Made by a program: the position numbers and the translations under genes. A model generated the notes under the pieces. It did not search any database, was not told the DNA's origin, and saw only the letters and a program-made list of their open reading frames with translations. From positions 22,330 through 86,329 of IMG/VR virus record IMGVR_UViG_3300032156_000003: DNA of 64,000 nt. The stretch is one strand, 5' to 3'. Below, piece by piece: positions 10,659-21,035 of the stretch. Position 1 is the stretch's first letter. Each line of letters starts with the position of its first letter. Source of the DNA: a virus.

Positions 10659-13193
10659 ATGGCGAATGTCGTTCTCAATCCGCTCTTCGCGACAGCCGAC
10701 CCGCTTGGTGAGCCTGGAGAGGCGGAGAACTGGGATCGAGTCTCGCACCAACACTATCCGGGCTTCGCTAAATTCCGACAGCCGCATTCGTTCTACGCGA
10801 CCTCAGAGCGGTTTCAGTTCGAGGACGCACCGGCGCGGGTTGTGGGTACTGAGCCGTTTGAGTACGGGCGCGCGACGGCTGTCGGGTTAACGACAACGCT
10901 GACCGATTCGACGAAGAGTTGGACGGTCAACGAGTGGACGGGGCATACTTTCCGCATCGTCTCCGGTACTGGGTTCGGCTATGCGGACGTCACGGTTGCG
11001 ACAAACGACGCTACTACTCTGACATATGCAGCGCAGTTGTTCACACCCGACACGACGTCGCGCTACATCATGAACAAGCCGTTCGTGTTGCCCACAACTC
11101 CGCAGTGGACGTTCCCCGTGGCTGCCGTCTTCGTATTGCCGACGAACGCAATCCAATTCAACGGCGTTGACCTGCGGGCGGCCATCCCACCGGGTTCGAG
11201 TTTCCAGGTCGTCGGCACCCCACCGGATACGCAACTGGACGGGTACTGGACCGTAGTCAGCATCTCGCTTGTCGGCGCGGATTCCGTTGTCTATGTGTCG
11301 GAAGACGTGCTCGCCATGGCACCGGGCGCGGTCGCAAACCTCCCGCCTGTCCTCGCGTGTACGGCGCACGAACACGCGTCCCAGGCGAGCGTCACGGACA
11401 CGACGGCGTACCCGGTTGCCCCGCTCGGGGCAGGTCAGACAATCGAGGTGCGGATAGACCGTGGCGACGCGCAGATGATAGCATTTCTCGGTGGCGAGAC
11501 AACGGCGCAGAACGTTGCGGAAGTCATTGATGAACTTCTAGTTGGCGGATGGGCTCGCGTCACGGGTGGGCAGGTGCAAGTCTACTCGGATGCTCGCGGG
11601 CCGACGTCGTTTGTTCAGGTCGAACCAATTACTGCCGGACTAACGTTCGATATTCATGAGTCGCGCGGTTACGGACAGTGGGCGCAAATGTGGCCGCTGT
11701 ATTTCGTCAACGCGGCGGATGCCACGACGGCAGAAATCGCGGACGTCCTCGGTGAGCACTGGCACCACATTCGGGTACGGTATCCGGGCGGCGCGGCCGG
11801 TGACGCGGTGCATGTCGAGACGGACCGCAAGGGCGCGACGGCGACACTGTTCATCAATGACACTGTTGGAGGATTCCATGACGCGGCGGTTTGGCCGATT
11901 CCGGCGAGAATCACGGTCGGTCCATTTGCGAACAACATTCTCACGTTCGATGTTGATGGTTCTGGAGTTGTTATCACTTTGCTTGCTGGCGATGTCACCC
12001 CGGAACTCGTGTCAGGGGCGATCTCGGCAGATTTCGTTGCGGCCGGTGTAGACGCCACTTCGACCTACAGCGCCGATCGCGTGTACGTCGACAGCCGACT
12101 CCCGCTGGTTTGCACAGGGGGAACGGCGAACCCGGACATCGGATTCCCCGCGACGTTCACGACTTACGGTGGCGGGACGACTGCGCGCATTGTCGGGCTT
12201 GCTGGTGCGACGGCGGTAGGTGTTGACGATGTCGGTTGGTTCTCAGATTTCAGCGACGTGACGAGCGTCTTTGCACTGTTCTCTGCGGATTCTCCGGTCG
12301 CGTTAAATGCGGACACGTTCGCGTGGTCCGAGATTTATGCGACGATGGACTCGGTAACTAACTACTACGCTCCGTTTGCGAGTTTCTACGGACCCACCTG
12401 GACCGTCCTTCGCGAGTCGTTTGACGAGGCGTGGGCAAACGAATGGATCGAAACATACAATCCGTTCACGCCGGTTGCGGGCGCATGGAAGCCACCTGGC
12501 ATGTCACCATCCGCCCAGATTATCGGGCGCGAGTTGACGTTCCCGCTGACAGTGCGGAGCAACGCGAATAAACTGACCATCCGCAGTGAGACGGACGCGA
12601 TGTGGTACACCGTGACGCTGACAGGTGGAATATACGCGACGATTGCAGCATTGGTGGCGCATCTCAATGTGCAACTGGTCGTGACTGGCATCACAGACGA
12701 CGTAATTTTTGGATACCACGGGAATTCATTGACTCTTGGATGGGACGGCACGGCGAACGCGGACGGAGCACTCCATTTGGCGAGCGGGATTGGCCTTGTG
12801 GCAGGAGCGGACGTGCGGACTACATTAGGGCTGTGGCCCCTCGCCCCGGACACTGGCGCTGCGTCTGTTGCCGTTCCAGGTGGGTTCTACGATGGCGACC
12901 CTGTCGGTACGTGGGATGCCAGCAACCAGTACGGTGTGGACCCGTTCTCCAGGTTGGTGTTCGACACGGTGCAAGACCCGGACTTGGCGACGTGGCATCC
13001 GCAAACAAACGGGGACCTGTCAGCGCTGTTCAACACGACGAAGCCATCGCCAGATTCCTACGCCGAAAGGTTCGCGTTCCCGAACTGGTACGGGGCCTAC
13101 GTGACTCCTGGGGCGGGTTCCATTTGGACGGCGGCGATTTTCGACGCGACGATTGCACCTGAAATCTACGAAGATTTCGAGGAAGGTTGGTAG
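10659..13193 (+). CDS. Large structural baseplate/tail protein
   Basis: 844 aa, beta-rich, Thr/Gly/Val-rich; 'LTDSTKSWTVNEW' module; within the tail operon. Confidence 0.6.
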   Translation: MANVVLNPLFATADPLGEPGEAENWDRVSHQHYPGFAKFRQPHSFYATSERFQFEDAPARVVGTEPFEYGRATAVGLTTTLTDSTKSWTVNEWTGHTFRIVSGTGFGYADVTVATNDATTLTYAAQLFTPDTTSRYIMNKPFVLPTTPQWTFPVAAVFVLPTNAIQFNGVDLRAAIPPGSSFQVVGTPPDTQLDGYWTVVSISLVGADSVVYVSEDVLAMAPGAVANLPPVLACTAHEHASQASVTDTTAYPVAPLGAGQTIEVRIDRGDAQMIAFLGGETTAQNVAEVIDELLVGGWARVTGGQVQVYSDARGPTSFVQVEPITAGLTFDIHESRGYGQWAQMWPLYFVNAADATTAEIADVLGEHWHHIRVRYPGGAAGDAVHVETDRKGATATLFINDTVGGFHDAAVWPIPARITVGPFANNILTFDVDGSGVVITLLAGDVTPELVSGAISADFVAAGVDATSTYSADRVYVDSRLPLVCTGGTANPDIGFPATFTTYGGGTTARIVGLAGATAVGVDDVGWFSDFSDVTSVFALFSADSPVALNADTFAWSEIYATMDSVTNYYAPFASFYGPTWTVLRESFDEAWANEWIETYNPFTPVAGAWKPPGMSPSAQIIGRELTFPLTVRSNANKLTIRSETDAMWYTVTLTGGIYATIAALVAHLNVQLVVTGITDDVIFGYHGNSLTLGWDGTANADGALHLASGIGLVAGADVRTTLGLWPLAPDTGAASVAVPGGFYDGDPVGTWDASNQYGVDPFSRLVFDTVQDPDLATWHPQTNGDLSALFNTTKPSPDSYAERFAFPNWYGAYVTPGAGSIWTAAIFDATIAPEIYEDFEEGW

Positions 13194-13196
13194 GCT

Positions 13197-13904
13197 ATGG
13201 CCGATGCAGATTGGGCCGCGCTGGACAATGAACTCGGATTTGCGGACGTCGCGCAGGACACAACCGCTGGGGTCACGCCTCCGAACGGTGGCGGGACGCA
13301 CGTCTACGCCTTCAACTGTCTAGACGGGACGGTGACTGGTGCTGCGGGGAAATACTGCATCATCGCCAACTACTCTCCGACGGTGAGCGGTGCGTGGATC
13401 GCCGGGGCGGTCAAGCGGCTGTCGAGTGCACAGAACACGGGATTCTCTCCGTTCCTGTGCGTCGCGGCGACTGGGCACGATACTGCCGACAACGGCTACC
13501 TCATCGGATTAGAGGACGCGGACCCGTACAGGATTGTTCTGCGCAAGGGGACAATCATCGGCGGGATTCCCGTGGCGGCCGACGGGGAATACCTGCGGCG
13601 GTCCTCGTCTCAGTACCAGATCTCGGACGACCTGTGGCACCACATCGCAGTCGAGGCGGTGGAGCAGCCGAACGGAGAAATCTACCTGAACTGTTGGGAG
13701 TCCGACCTCGTGGCTCACGCGGTGACGGCTCCCGTGTGGACGGCCATCTCCGGCATGACGCAGTTCATAGACGACGCGGTTGGAATCAACTCGGGCACGT
13801 TGCCGTTGAGCGGCGGTGGGTACTGCGGCTATGCGATGGCGGTTGCAGAGGCAATCGGCACGCGGGCGGCATTTGACCACATACAGATTCGGCGACAGGT
13901 CTGA
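13197..13904 (+). CDS. Virion structural protein (beta-sandwich-like)
   Basis: 235 aa co-linear in the baseplate operon. Confidence 0.55.
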   Translation: MADADWAALDNELGFADVAQDTTAGVTPPNGGGTHVYAFNCLDGTVTGAAGKYCIIANYSPTVSGAWIAGAVKRLSSAQNTGFSPFLCVAATGHDTADNGYLIGLEDADPYRIVLRKGTIIGGIPVAADGEYLRRSSSQYQISDDLWHHIAVEAVEQPNGEIYLNCWESDLVAHAVTAPVWTAISGMTQFIDDAVGINSGTLPLSGGGYCGYAMAVAEAIGTRAAFDHIQIRRQV

Positions 13905-13907
13905 TAG

Positions 13908-15062
13908 GTGTCGAGCGCGCCGACACTTCCGGGACCGGCTCCGGCGGCAACGTCACTTGTCCGAGAGGACGGGACGTGGTTCGACGCGGGAGTTGGTACG
14001 TTGTGCGGACGCATCTCTGCGGCGGGGTACGTGCTCGGGCTGTCGGCGAGCGTTGACCGACCGACGTTGTATCCAGGTGACTACATCGAAAACACGCAGG
14101 TTGTGGACCTCACGGGACAAGACATCGTTGCGCTTGCGGCCGAGATGACGGGTCTTGTAGTGCCGACCGGTATTGAGATGCCGGGGTACACGACTGGCAC
14201 GGACTCACTTTTGCACTACCGAATGGACGAGGTGAGCGGCGGGGCGCGCGATGAAGTCGATTGGAGTCACGACCTGCGGATGGCGGACGGCCTCATATCA
14301 CCGTCGGTGCCTGCGTACAATCTCGGGTATGGACTCGCGCGCACGTGGGGTGCGGGCGCAGGTGATATGGTCGGCGAGAACGACCCGCAGATTATACCTG
14401 CTGCTGGACTGCCGTCGTATACCGTCGATTGGTGGCAGAATTTCGACGTCGCTAGCATCGCGACAAGCAACGGAGTGAGCCCGACAGTGTTTCAGTTGAG
14501 GTCCGTGACGGCGGGAGGATTTCGGATTCTGTGGGGTGGACTCTCGGGCATGGGTGCGCATACGTGGCGGCTCTACATTGAGCACTGGAACTCCGGGGTC
14601 TACTCGGCACAGAACCTCATCGCTACGGCGCGAGCGGCGAACCAAGGCAACGAGTTCTTTTCGGTTGCGTTTGACGATACGACGATGGCGGCGCGGGTCT
14701 ACATCAACGGCGCGCTGGTCGCGACCACCGGGGCGTTCGCCGTAGCACCTGGACAGCCTCTTGTCGGCGCGCGAATTCATGTCGGCGACCCTCTGTACAG
14801 GGGCGTCATAGATGACGTGCGGCTGTCGAACACGAACCACAATCTGGCTACGCATCAAGCAGCATACGCTACGCGGTTGAACGCGCCGGTTATCTACGAC
14901 GTTAGTTGGTGGCTTCATATCGACATAGATGATGAGCACTACGCGAGCTGCAAAATCACGGCGGACTCCAGCGGACGCCCGGCGTACCTGAACGCACCGA
15001 CTGGAATCGTTCTCGGCGTGCACACATTGTCGTGTCGTCTCGAATTAGGGGCCGGTGCATGA
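13908..15062 (+). CDS. LamG / concanavalin-A-like domain tail protein
   Basis: 'YTVDWW', 'RVYINGALV', 'YRGVIDDVRLSN' LamG motifs. Confidence 0.75.
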   Translation: MSSAPTLPGPAPAATSLVREDGTWFDAGVGTLCGRISAAGYVLGLSASVDRPTLYPGDYIENTQVVDLTGQDIVALAAEMTGLVVPTGIEMPGYTTGTDSLLHYRMDEVSGGARDEVDWSHDLRMADGLISPSVPAYNLGYGLARTWGAGAGDMVGENDPQIIPAAGLPSYTVDWWQNFDVASIATSNGVSPTVFQLRSVTAGGFRILWGGLSGMGAHTWRLYIEHWNSGVYSAQNLIATARAANQGNEFFSVAFDDTTMAARVYINGALVATTGAFAVAPGQPLVGARIHVGDPLYRGVIDDVRLSNTNHNLATHQAAYATRLNAPVIYDVSWWLHIDIDDEHYASCKITADSSGRPAYLNAPTGIVLGVHTLSCRLELGAGA

Positions 15063-17410
15063 CCGTGCATCCACACATCCCCGAGGCGTTGCTCGAAAGC
15101 ATTCTGTCCGACGTCGTGACGTTTCCCCTTGTGCTGGTCGTGGCAAATCCGGGTGAGGACGCGGTGGAAGTCGCGACGTCGTTGCACCCGACCTTGCGAA
15201 TTGCGCACATTCACGGCGACCCAACCGTTGCTCCCGCGCCATACTTCACACTGCTTGTTGAGGTGAACGTTGGCGGCACGGGATGGGTGACGGCGTACAC
15301 GACGGCGGGTGGGTTCTTCGCGCCATGGAACGGCGCGGCGTGCGCGGTGTCGTACCACACGCCGATATCTCCTTATGTGTTTACTGAGTTGACCTTCGAA
15401 TACACGGGCGGCGTGATGCCGCACGACACGACCATAGAATTTCGAGTTACCGGAACAACGCTCACGACGGGATGGGGTCACTTCTCGTGGGGACATATGC
15501 CGTGGGGGCACGTCACGGGGACGTCAACCTCCATGATTGTGACCTACTCGTTTGCCACAGCAGATGAGGAAGCGCCTCAACTCCTGAGCGCCGTGGCGAC
15601 CGTCAAGGACGTTTTACGCCTCGTGTACGATGACACCATGAGGGTATCGACACCGGACGGCAGAGCGGTTGTGACGACGGTTACGAATGAAACCGCGTGG
15701 GGCGCGCTGCCGGTGCCTGGAACTCTCATCGTCTCTGTGGACGGTGGCGCGGCGACTCTCTACACGATAAACGCAACGATGCTATCTCTGTTCTACCCAG
15801 TCACGGCGGTGGACATCGCGAATCTACTCCCGAGCCTGATAGACGGCACGACCGCACACGCCAACGACGACGGCACGGTGTCTCTCTACAGCGAGACGGT
15901 GGGAGACGCGGCGACGTTGCAGGTCATGGGTGGGACCATGAACGCCGTACTTCAATTCCCGACCACGCTGGTCACCGGTAACGATTCATCAGCGTTGTCC
16001 GCGAGCAACTACACCATCGCGCGGAACAACGTGTATCCGGCCGTGGCGGTGCATCTCACTCCGCAGTCCGTGGAAGCGGTGGACGTGGCGCTCACGACGT
16101 TCGACCTCGCGGTCCAATGGCCGATGACACCGCAAGCGCCATACGAGGTGACGGTTGCGGCGGACGTCACGGACCACGCGGGGAACGTGATCGATGCAAC
16201 GGCAGACTCGGCGACGTTCTCTGGATTTCAACCTCCCATCCCGGCGGGGCGCGTGACGAAGTTCCCGATTCCGCAAGCGGCCTATAGCGTGGACGATACG
16301 CAGGAGTTGCGAGCGTTCGTCAACGCGCTTGAAGAGGTTTGGAATCTGCAACTGACCGACATCGATTCTCTGTCGGACGTGTGGGACCCGGACATTGTTG
16401 ACGAGACACGGCTCGCCTTGCATCTCAAAGACCAGGGCAACCCGTTCACGTGGGCGGAATTGGACCTCACGTTGGCGGAGCGTAAGAAGTTGCTTCGCAT
16501 GTTGCCCGACCTCTACAACTACCGAGGCACGGACCCTGGTATCGAGGCGGCGATTCTGACCTTGCTCGGAATCGAGTGCCATGTTGCCCCTGCCATGATG
16601 GACGTATGGACGCTCGGCGTATCGTTGCTTGGAGACTACTACCCAGCGCAGGTTGTTGCCGTGAATCCTGAGACGTATAACCTTGCGGCGGCTGGTCGGG
16701 ACCTGTGGGTCATCGTCGACAACGGGCATGCGGTCAACACCGTGAGCACAACGGCACAGACGTTCACGCTCGCTGGGCGCAACGCGGCGCAGTACGTCGC
16801 GGGATACCAATTCCGAATCTACGGGTCGACTGGAAACGACGCGCGGTACACGGTCGTTTCTTCTGTCGAGTCCGGGGATGATACGGTGGTAACGGTTGTC
16901 GAGGCGATCCCAAGTGCGGTTGCAGACGGCACGGCAATCCAGACAATGCAGTTCAGCAACGTTGCCGGTGTAGACTTCGCTGTACCAGCGGCGGCCACGG
17001 CAGACGAGGTTGCAGATGCTGTTGCGGTGGACATCTACGGCGGAGCGGCCACAGGACTGAATCCAGGAGGCGGTAATACAGTAGCGGTTGCTTCGATGAA
17101 TCCTGCGGGAACGATTCAAGTCGTCGGAGGCACGGCGAACGTCGCGCTCGCGTTCAACACGGTTTTGCATTCGTCGACAGGAGGTTGCGTGCTCGGCCCC
17201 GGAACGGCACGCGAGCGCCGAACCTTTGACCTCGTAGTGACTGGCGCGCTACCATCGGCACAGGAGGAGGCATTGATGCGTCGCATCGCTAACTGGGCCA
17301 AGCCGGTCAACACACACCTCGGTCGCATACGAAACGAGTATGTGGTCGAGGACGATGGCATCTGGCGGCTAGGCCGCAGTCGACTCGGCGCGGATACCGT
17401 GCTGGGCTAG
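15059..17410 (+). CDS. Baseplate wedge / tail protein I (P2 gpI-like) with Ig-like domains
   Basis: 'WDPD....L..L......RKKL....DLY..RGT..GIE.AI..LLG' and C-terminal 'KPVNTH'. Start placed at the ATG overlapping the previous stop. Confidence 0.8.
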   Translation: MTVHPHIPEALLESILSDVVTFPLVLVVANPGEDAVEVATSLHPTLRIAHIHGDPTVAPAPYFTLLVEVNVGGTGWVTAYTTAGGFFAPWNGAACAVSYHTPISPYVFTELTFEYTGGVMPHDTTIEFRVTGTTLTTGWGHFSWGHMPWGHVTGTSTSMIVTYSFATADEEAPQLLSAVATVKDVLRLVYDDTMRVSTPDGRAVVTTVTNETAWGALPVPGTLIVSVDGGAATLYTINATMLSLFYPVTAVDIANLLPSLIDGTTAHANDDGTVSLYSETVGDAATLQVMGGTMNAVLQFPTTLVTGNDSSALSASNYTIARNNVYPAVAVHLTPQSVEAVDVALTTFDLAVQWPMTPQAPYEVTVAADVTDHAGNVIDATADSATFSGFQPPIPAGRVTKFPIPQAAYSVDDTQELRAFVNALEEVWNLQLTDIDSLSDVWDPDIVDETRLALHLKDQGNPFTWAELDLTLAERKKLLRMLPDLYNYRGTDPGIEAAILTLLGIECHVAPAMMDVWTLGVSLLGDYYPAQVVAVNPETYNLAAAGRDLWVIVDNGHAVNTVSTTAQTFTLAGRNAAQYVAGYQFRIYGSTGNDARYTVVSSVESGDDTVVTVVEAIPSAVADGTAIQTMQFSNVAGVDFAVPAAATADEVADAVAVDIYGGAATGLNPGGGNTVAVASMNPAGTIQVVGGTANVALAFNTVLHSSTGGCVLGPGTARERRTFDLVVTGALPSAQEEALMRRIANWAKPVNTHLGRIRNEYVVEDDGIWRLGRSRLGADTVLG

Positions 17411-17422
17411 GGGATAAAGCGC

Positions 17423-19861
17423 ATGGACTCACTCAATTTCTACTATCTTCAGAGGGTGCTCGAATCCGAGCTTGACCTTGTAGAGACGAACACGTCAACG
17501 GCGCTCAAGAAGGCGCGGCAAGACCTCGGCATCGTCGGGATGCACGACGGCGGAGTGGTGACGCAGAACGCACCACCAGACCTATCTGTGCTCGTGAGCG
17601 GCCCGGCGCTTGGCACAGACCCAGACGGCGAGCGGTTGTACTGGGCGGCGGCGCAGACGGTGGATTGCACACAAGACCATCTAGGCGCTCCAACAACCGT
17701 CGTTGGAGCTGGCAACGAACGTTGGATTTCAGTCATCGCCGAATACGACCAGACGCTTGCGCTACCAGTCACGGATGGGAACGGCGTCACGGTCTATACG
17801 CGCGTCTACGATTCGTTCAATCTGTACGTGACAATGGCGACAGAGCAGGCGTTCGGCGCGAACGTAAAACCGGCTCTCCCATCCGACGGCGTGTTACTCG
17901 CGGACATCCGGTTGGTGTTCGGTGGAGTTCAGATTCTCGCGGCGGACATAAATATTGTCGCGGCAGGAATCACGAATCGTCGGCAAGATCTCGTGCGGTA
18001 CGCGGGAACTTCCATCCCTACGGCGGACTACGGCAACCTAGTCGACGCTGTGTTAGCGTTGTTTGGCTACGTGGACGCTCTATCGACGGGAGTAGGGGTC
18101 GTGTTTGCGGCGACCGGAGCATGGCGTGACGCTTCTGCAATTGCAGCCGTCACGGTCAGCGGGGCCATCAACGAAATCGTATCTGACCTTCAGGTAGATG
18201 CCGGTGCGGCGCGCACGGGTTCGGCTGCGCACGTCACGGCCGGAGGCTTCTGCGACCTTGCGAATGCGGCGTTGCAAACGAACCTAAACACAATCGCCGA
18301 TAATGTCGCGGGGCACATCAACGGTGGTGCTCCGGCGCATCCAGCGACTTCTATTACGACGGCTGCCATTCCCGGTGCTCCGGAATCCGAGGCCGGTCCG
18401 TCAACGGTCCAGGCTGTGCTATCTGATGTGTTTGGGCATCTGAATGCTAGAACCGAACGCGCGAGCGATGAAGACATTAGTGGCGCATGGATGTTCAGCA
18501 ATGGTTTGACGGGCAACAACAGAGCAAGAGCAGAAGAGAACCTACTCCTAACGAATGCTCCGTGGGTCAATTCGTTGGAAGGAGGTTCCATACCTCCCAA
18601 AGATGATATGACAAATGTGGCATCAGGATTGTATTCAGGTGCTAACGCATGGTGTCATTCTTTTTCAGGTTACAATTCCGTAAATTCCACACAGATCGCA
18701 GATATGTGTACCGTTTTCGAACCGGCCAGTGGAAGAAGATATATAATCCTGTTAATCACGGATACATGCTCAATTGAGGTTAGACGCGCAGAGAATCCGA
18801 ATGAAGGTGTGACTACAATCGCATTGGCAGGTCTACCGGCAGGAGCATGGATTCCGGATTCGTGTTGTTCAGACGGTACTAATATATATGTTCTTTTCCA
18901 CAAGGACGCCGGAGCTGCTACCGTTCATCAAGTTCAAGCTTACAACATGGATGGCTCGGTCAAGGCCGGATGGCTGGCGTTTGGTTTGGGGACTGGTTCC
19001 GCGCTCGCGGGGACCGGATATTTTGGAGGAGGAGCAACGCCATCTTTGGCGGCCAGCGACCGAATCAAAGTGGTATCGATGACGAGCCTAGGTCATGCAA
19101 CGTCCAGGCTTGCTGTAGCATGTTCCTGGGTCCCGTCGGTAGTCGGTGGATTAGGTGCATCTCCTTGTATTCAGATGCTGAATCTCGCAGACGGTTCTAC
19201 TTTCGCGAACAGCGCTGGATGCGGGGATCAACCGGAACTAGCCACGAGGTATCCCTGCGGAGGTCTTGCATCGGATGGCATTCGCGTGTTCTGGTCGAAT
19301 TATTCAGTGGCCGGTGGCACATCTTATGTGTCACATTGTAACATTGCGGATGCAACAGTGGACCCAGGTCTCACCGATTTTCCATTTTCGAATGGAGGAG
19401 AAGAGTGTAGAGAAATAATAAATGATGGAACTTGTCTATGGACCAGCAATGTAGATTTGAACACGCATCTTACTTGTTATCACTTAGACAGAGAAATAAA
19501 ATTTTTACATTCAATTCCTTCTTGCGCCCCAGTTCACATGACGTTTGATGGTCTAAACATATGGCTCCAGGAACTTAGAGATGTCGATTTTGCAGGGACA
19601 ACTTTTGCGACTCAACTTTTGAAAATACCTTGTGCATCTGCAAGAAATCACGACAGTGTATCCACTGACACATGGGAATTGAGTCAATTGGTAAGCAATT
19701 TGATGACTCATGAAGAAGTGGATACTGTAGTCCCTGACTCTGAATTCTTCGGTCATATGATGTTTGATGGCGCAGACATTTGGACAATACTGGACAACAG
19801 GTTACATGGGGCGAATCTTGGTGGTATTGTGCGAAAAATTCCTCGCGCCGGGATGAGGTAA
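17423..19861 (+). CDS. Tail fibre / receptor-binding protein with C-terminal beta-propeller-like region
   Basis: N-terminal 'NFYYLQRVLESEL' baseplate-attachment-type start; C-terminal 'MTFDG.NIW' / 'MMFDGADIW' blades; lower GC in the 3' half. Confidence 0.7.
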   Translation: MDSLNFYYLQRVLESELDLVETNTSTALKKARQDLGIVGMHDGGVVTQNAPPDLSVLVSGPALGTDPDGERLYWAAAQTVDCTQDHLGAPTTVVGAGNERWISVIAEYDQTLALPVTDGNGVTVYTRVYDSFNLYVTMATEQAFGANVKPALPSDGVLLADIRLVFGGVQILAADINIVAAGITNRRQDLVRYAGTSIPTADYGNLVDAVLALFGYVDALSTGVGVVFAATGAWRDASAIAAVTVSGAINEIVSDLQVDAGAARTGSAAHVTAGGFCDLANAALQTNLNTIADNVAGHINGGAPAHPATSITTAAIPGAPESEAGPSTVQAVLSDVFGHLNARTERASDEDISGAWMFSNGLTGNNRARAEENLLLTNAPWVNSLEGGSIPPKDDMTNVASGLYSGANAWCHSFSGYNSVNSTQIADMCTVFEPASGRRYIILLITDTCSIEVRRAENPNEGVTTIALAGLPAGAWIPDSCCSDGTNIYVLFHKDAGAATVHQVQAYNMDGSVKAGWLAFGLGTGSALAGTGYFGGGATPSLAASDRIKVVSMTSLGHATSRLAVACSWVPSVVGGLGASPCIQMLNLADGSTFANSAGCGDQPELATRYPCGGLASDGIRVFWSNYSVAGGTSYVSHCNIADATVDPGLTDFPFSNGGEECREIINDGTCLWTSNVDLNTHLTCYHLDREIKFLHSIPSCAPVHMTFDGLNIWLQELRDVDFAGTTFATQLLKIPCASARNHDSVSTDTWELSQLVSNLMTHEEVDTVVPDSEFFGHMMFDGADIWTILDNRLHGANLGGIVRKIPRAGMR

Positions 19862-19867
19862 TCGGAG

Positions 19868-20497
19868 ATGGTTGCGGAGTTGAAGGTAATTATGGAACAA
19901 GAAGAAAGAATGCCGGGTGCCTGCTCTGGCCATCCATACCTTATGGCTAAAATCGATGTACTCGCGAGCGACATGAAGATCGGGTTCAAGGAACTCGGTA
20001 AAAAAATTGAGGACATGCGAGTAGAGCAGGCGGAAACGAATGCCTCTCTCAAAGGTGCGTGGTATCGAGTAAACGAACTCGACCGGCAGGTTGTCGACGT
20101 CCCAACAAAGATCGCCAATGCCGTGCATGTTCATATGCGCGGTTGTCCTATTAACGACGTCACAGAGGTGGGCATTAAAAGTTCAAAGCGCCATCACTCG
20201 GACGAACCTGCGGCCCCATACCACTCCCGAAAACCGTCGATTGGTCCATCTCAAATCCTTAGTGCTCCGAAGTGGGCCATTGGTGTAGGAATCGGAGTGG
20301 TTCTCGCGATAGTTCTAGTCGGTATTTTTGTCGGCGTTTTTATGTCGACTGGTAATTCAGATAAGGCTTCCAAAACGGTTCGCGGACTTGCCGAACAGGT
20401 AGGCTCGCATGCTACGATAGAAAACGAAACGGGCGATAGCCCGCAGGCCGCGACGGCCGCTACAGGAGGAAGCTATGACGACCCTGACCGTAATTAA
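19868..20497 (+). CDS. Coiled-coil membrane protein (holin-like candidate)
   Basis: One TM segment (AIGVGIGVVLAIVLVGIFVGVF) after a coiled coil. Confidence 0.45.
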   Translation: MVAELKVIMEQEERMPGACSGHPYLMAKIDVLASDMKIGFKELGKKIEDMRVEQAETNASLKGAWYRVNELDRQVVDVPTKIANAVHVHMRGCPINDVTEVGIKSSKRHHSDEPAAPYHSRKPSIGPSQILSAPKWAIGVGIGVVLAIVLVGIFVGVFMSTGNSDKASKTVRGLAEQVGSHATIENETGDSPQAATAATGGSYDDPDRN

Positions 20498-20981
20498 TCC
20501 TGCCAAGGAATTTCGCGGCGGAATGAACATCGTTCCCGATGCGGACACAGAAAAGGAACTCGGCGACCTCATCTACGACATCCAGACCGCCGTGAATACC
20601 ATCGGCAACGCGGCTGTCGAGAGCACGCACGCGGGCCTTGCTCTGCGGACGCTGAATAACGAAGTGGCGGCGGTGCTCAACGGCACGGCCGCAAAGAAGT
20701 TCATTCCCGAGGGGATCGACTTCGTTGTAACCGCAATCACGGGCGCTCCGGCTGGGAATGCTATCGTGACGGTGGGAACCACGGCGGGCGGCACGCAGAT
20801 TCTTCCGGCAACTTCTCTGACCGGACTCAACGCCGTCGGTGAGACGTTCCCGGTTCAGATCACCGGAATCCTGCCGAGCATCGCGGGCACGGCGACTCTG
20901 TACGTTAAGTGCACCACGGCGGACACTGGTGCGGGTTCGACACTGACGGCGACCGCCCGCATCTACGGGCGCGAGAACTGA
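20475..20981 (+). CDS. Virion structural protein (decoration/fibre-like beta-sandwich)
   Basis: AGGAGG RBS; Thr/Ala/Gly-rich 'VTVGTTAGGTQIL'. Confidence 0.5.
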   Translation: MTTLTVINPAKEFRGGMNIVPDADTEKELGDLIYDIQTAVNTIGNAAVESTHAGLALRTLNNEVAAVLNGTAAKKFIPEGIDFVVTAITGAPAGNAIVTVGTTAGGTQILPATSLTGLNAVGETFPVQITGILPSIAGTATLYVKCTTADTGAGSTLTATARIYGREN

Positions 20982-21035
20982 TAGTCGAGTGACGGAGTAA
21001 CAAATCGCGGCGGACATCCGCCGACGGAGGATGAG

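Noticed and set aside
1-17410. Extracellular contractile injection system or tailocin rather than a phage
   Set aside because: A long tape measure and contiguous replication, recombination and lysis modules indicate a phage; head genes are presumably outside the window.
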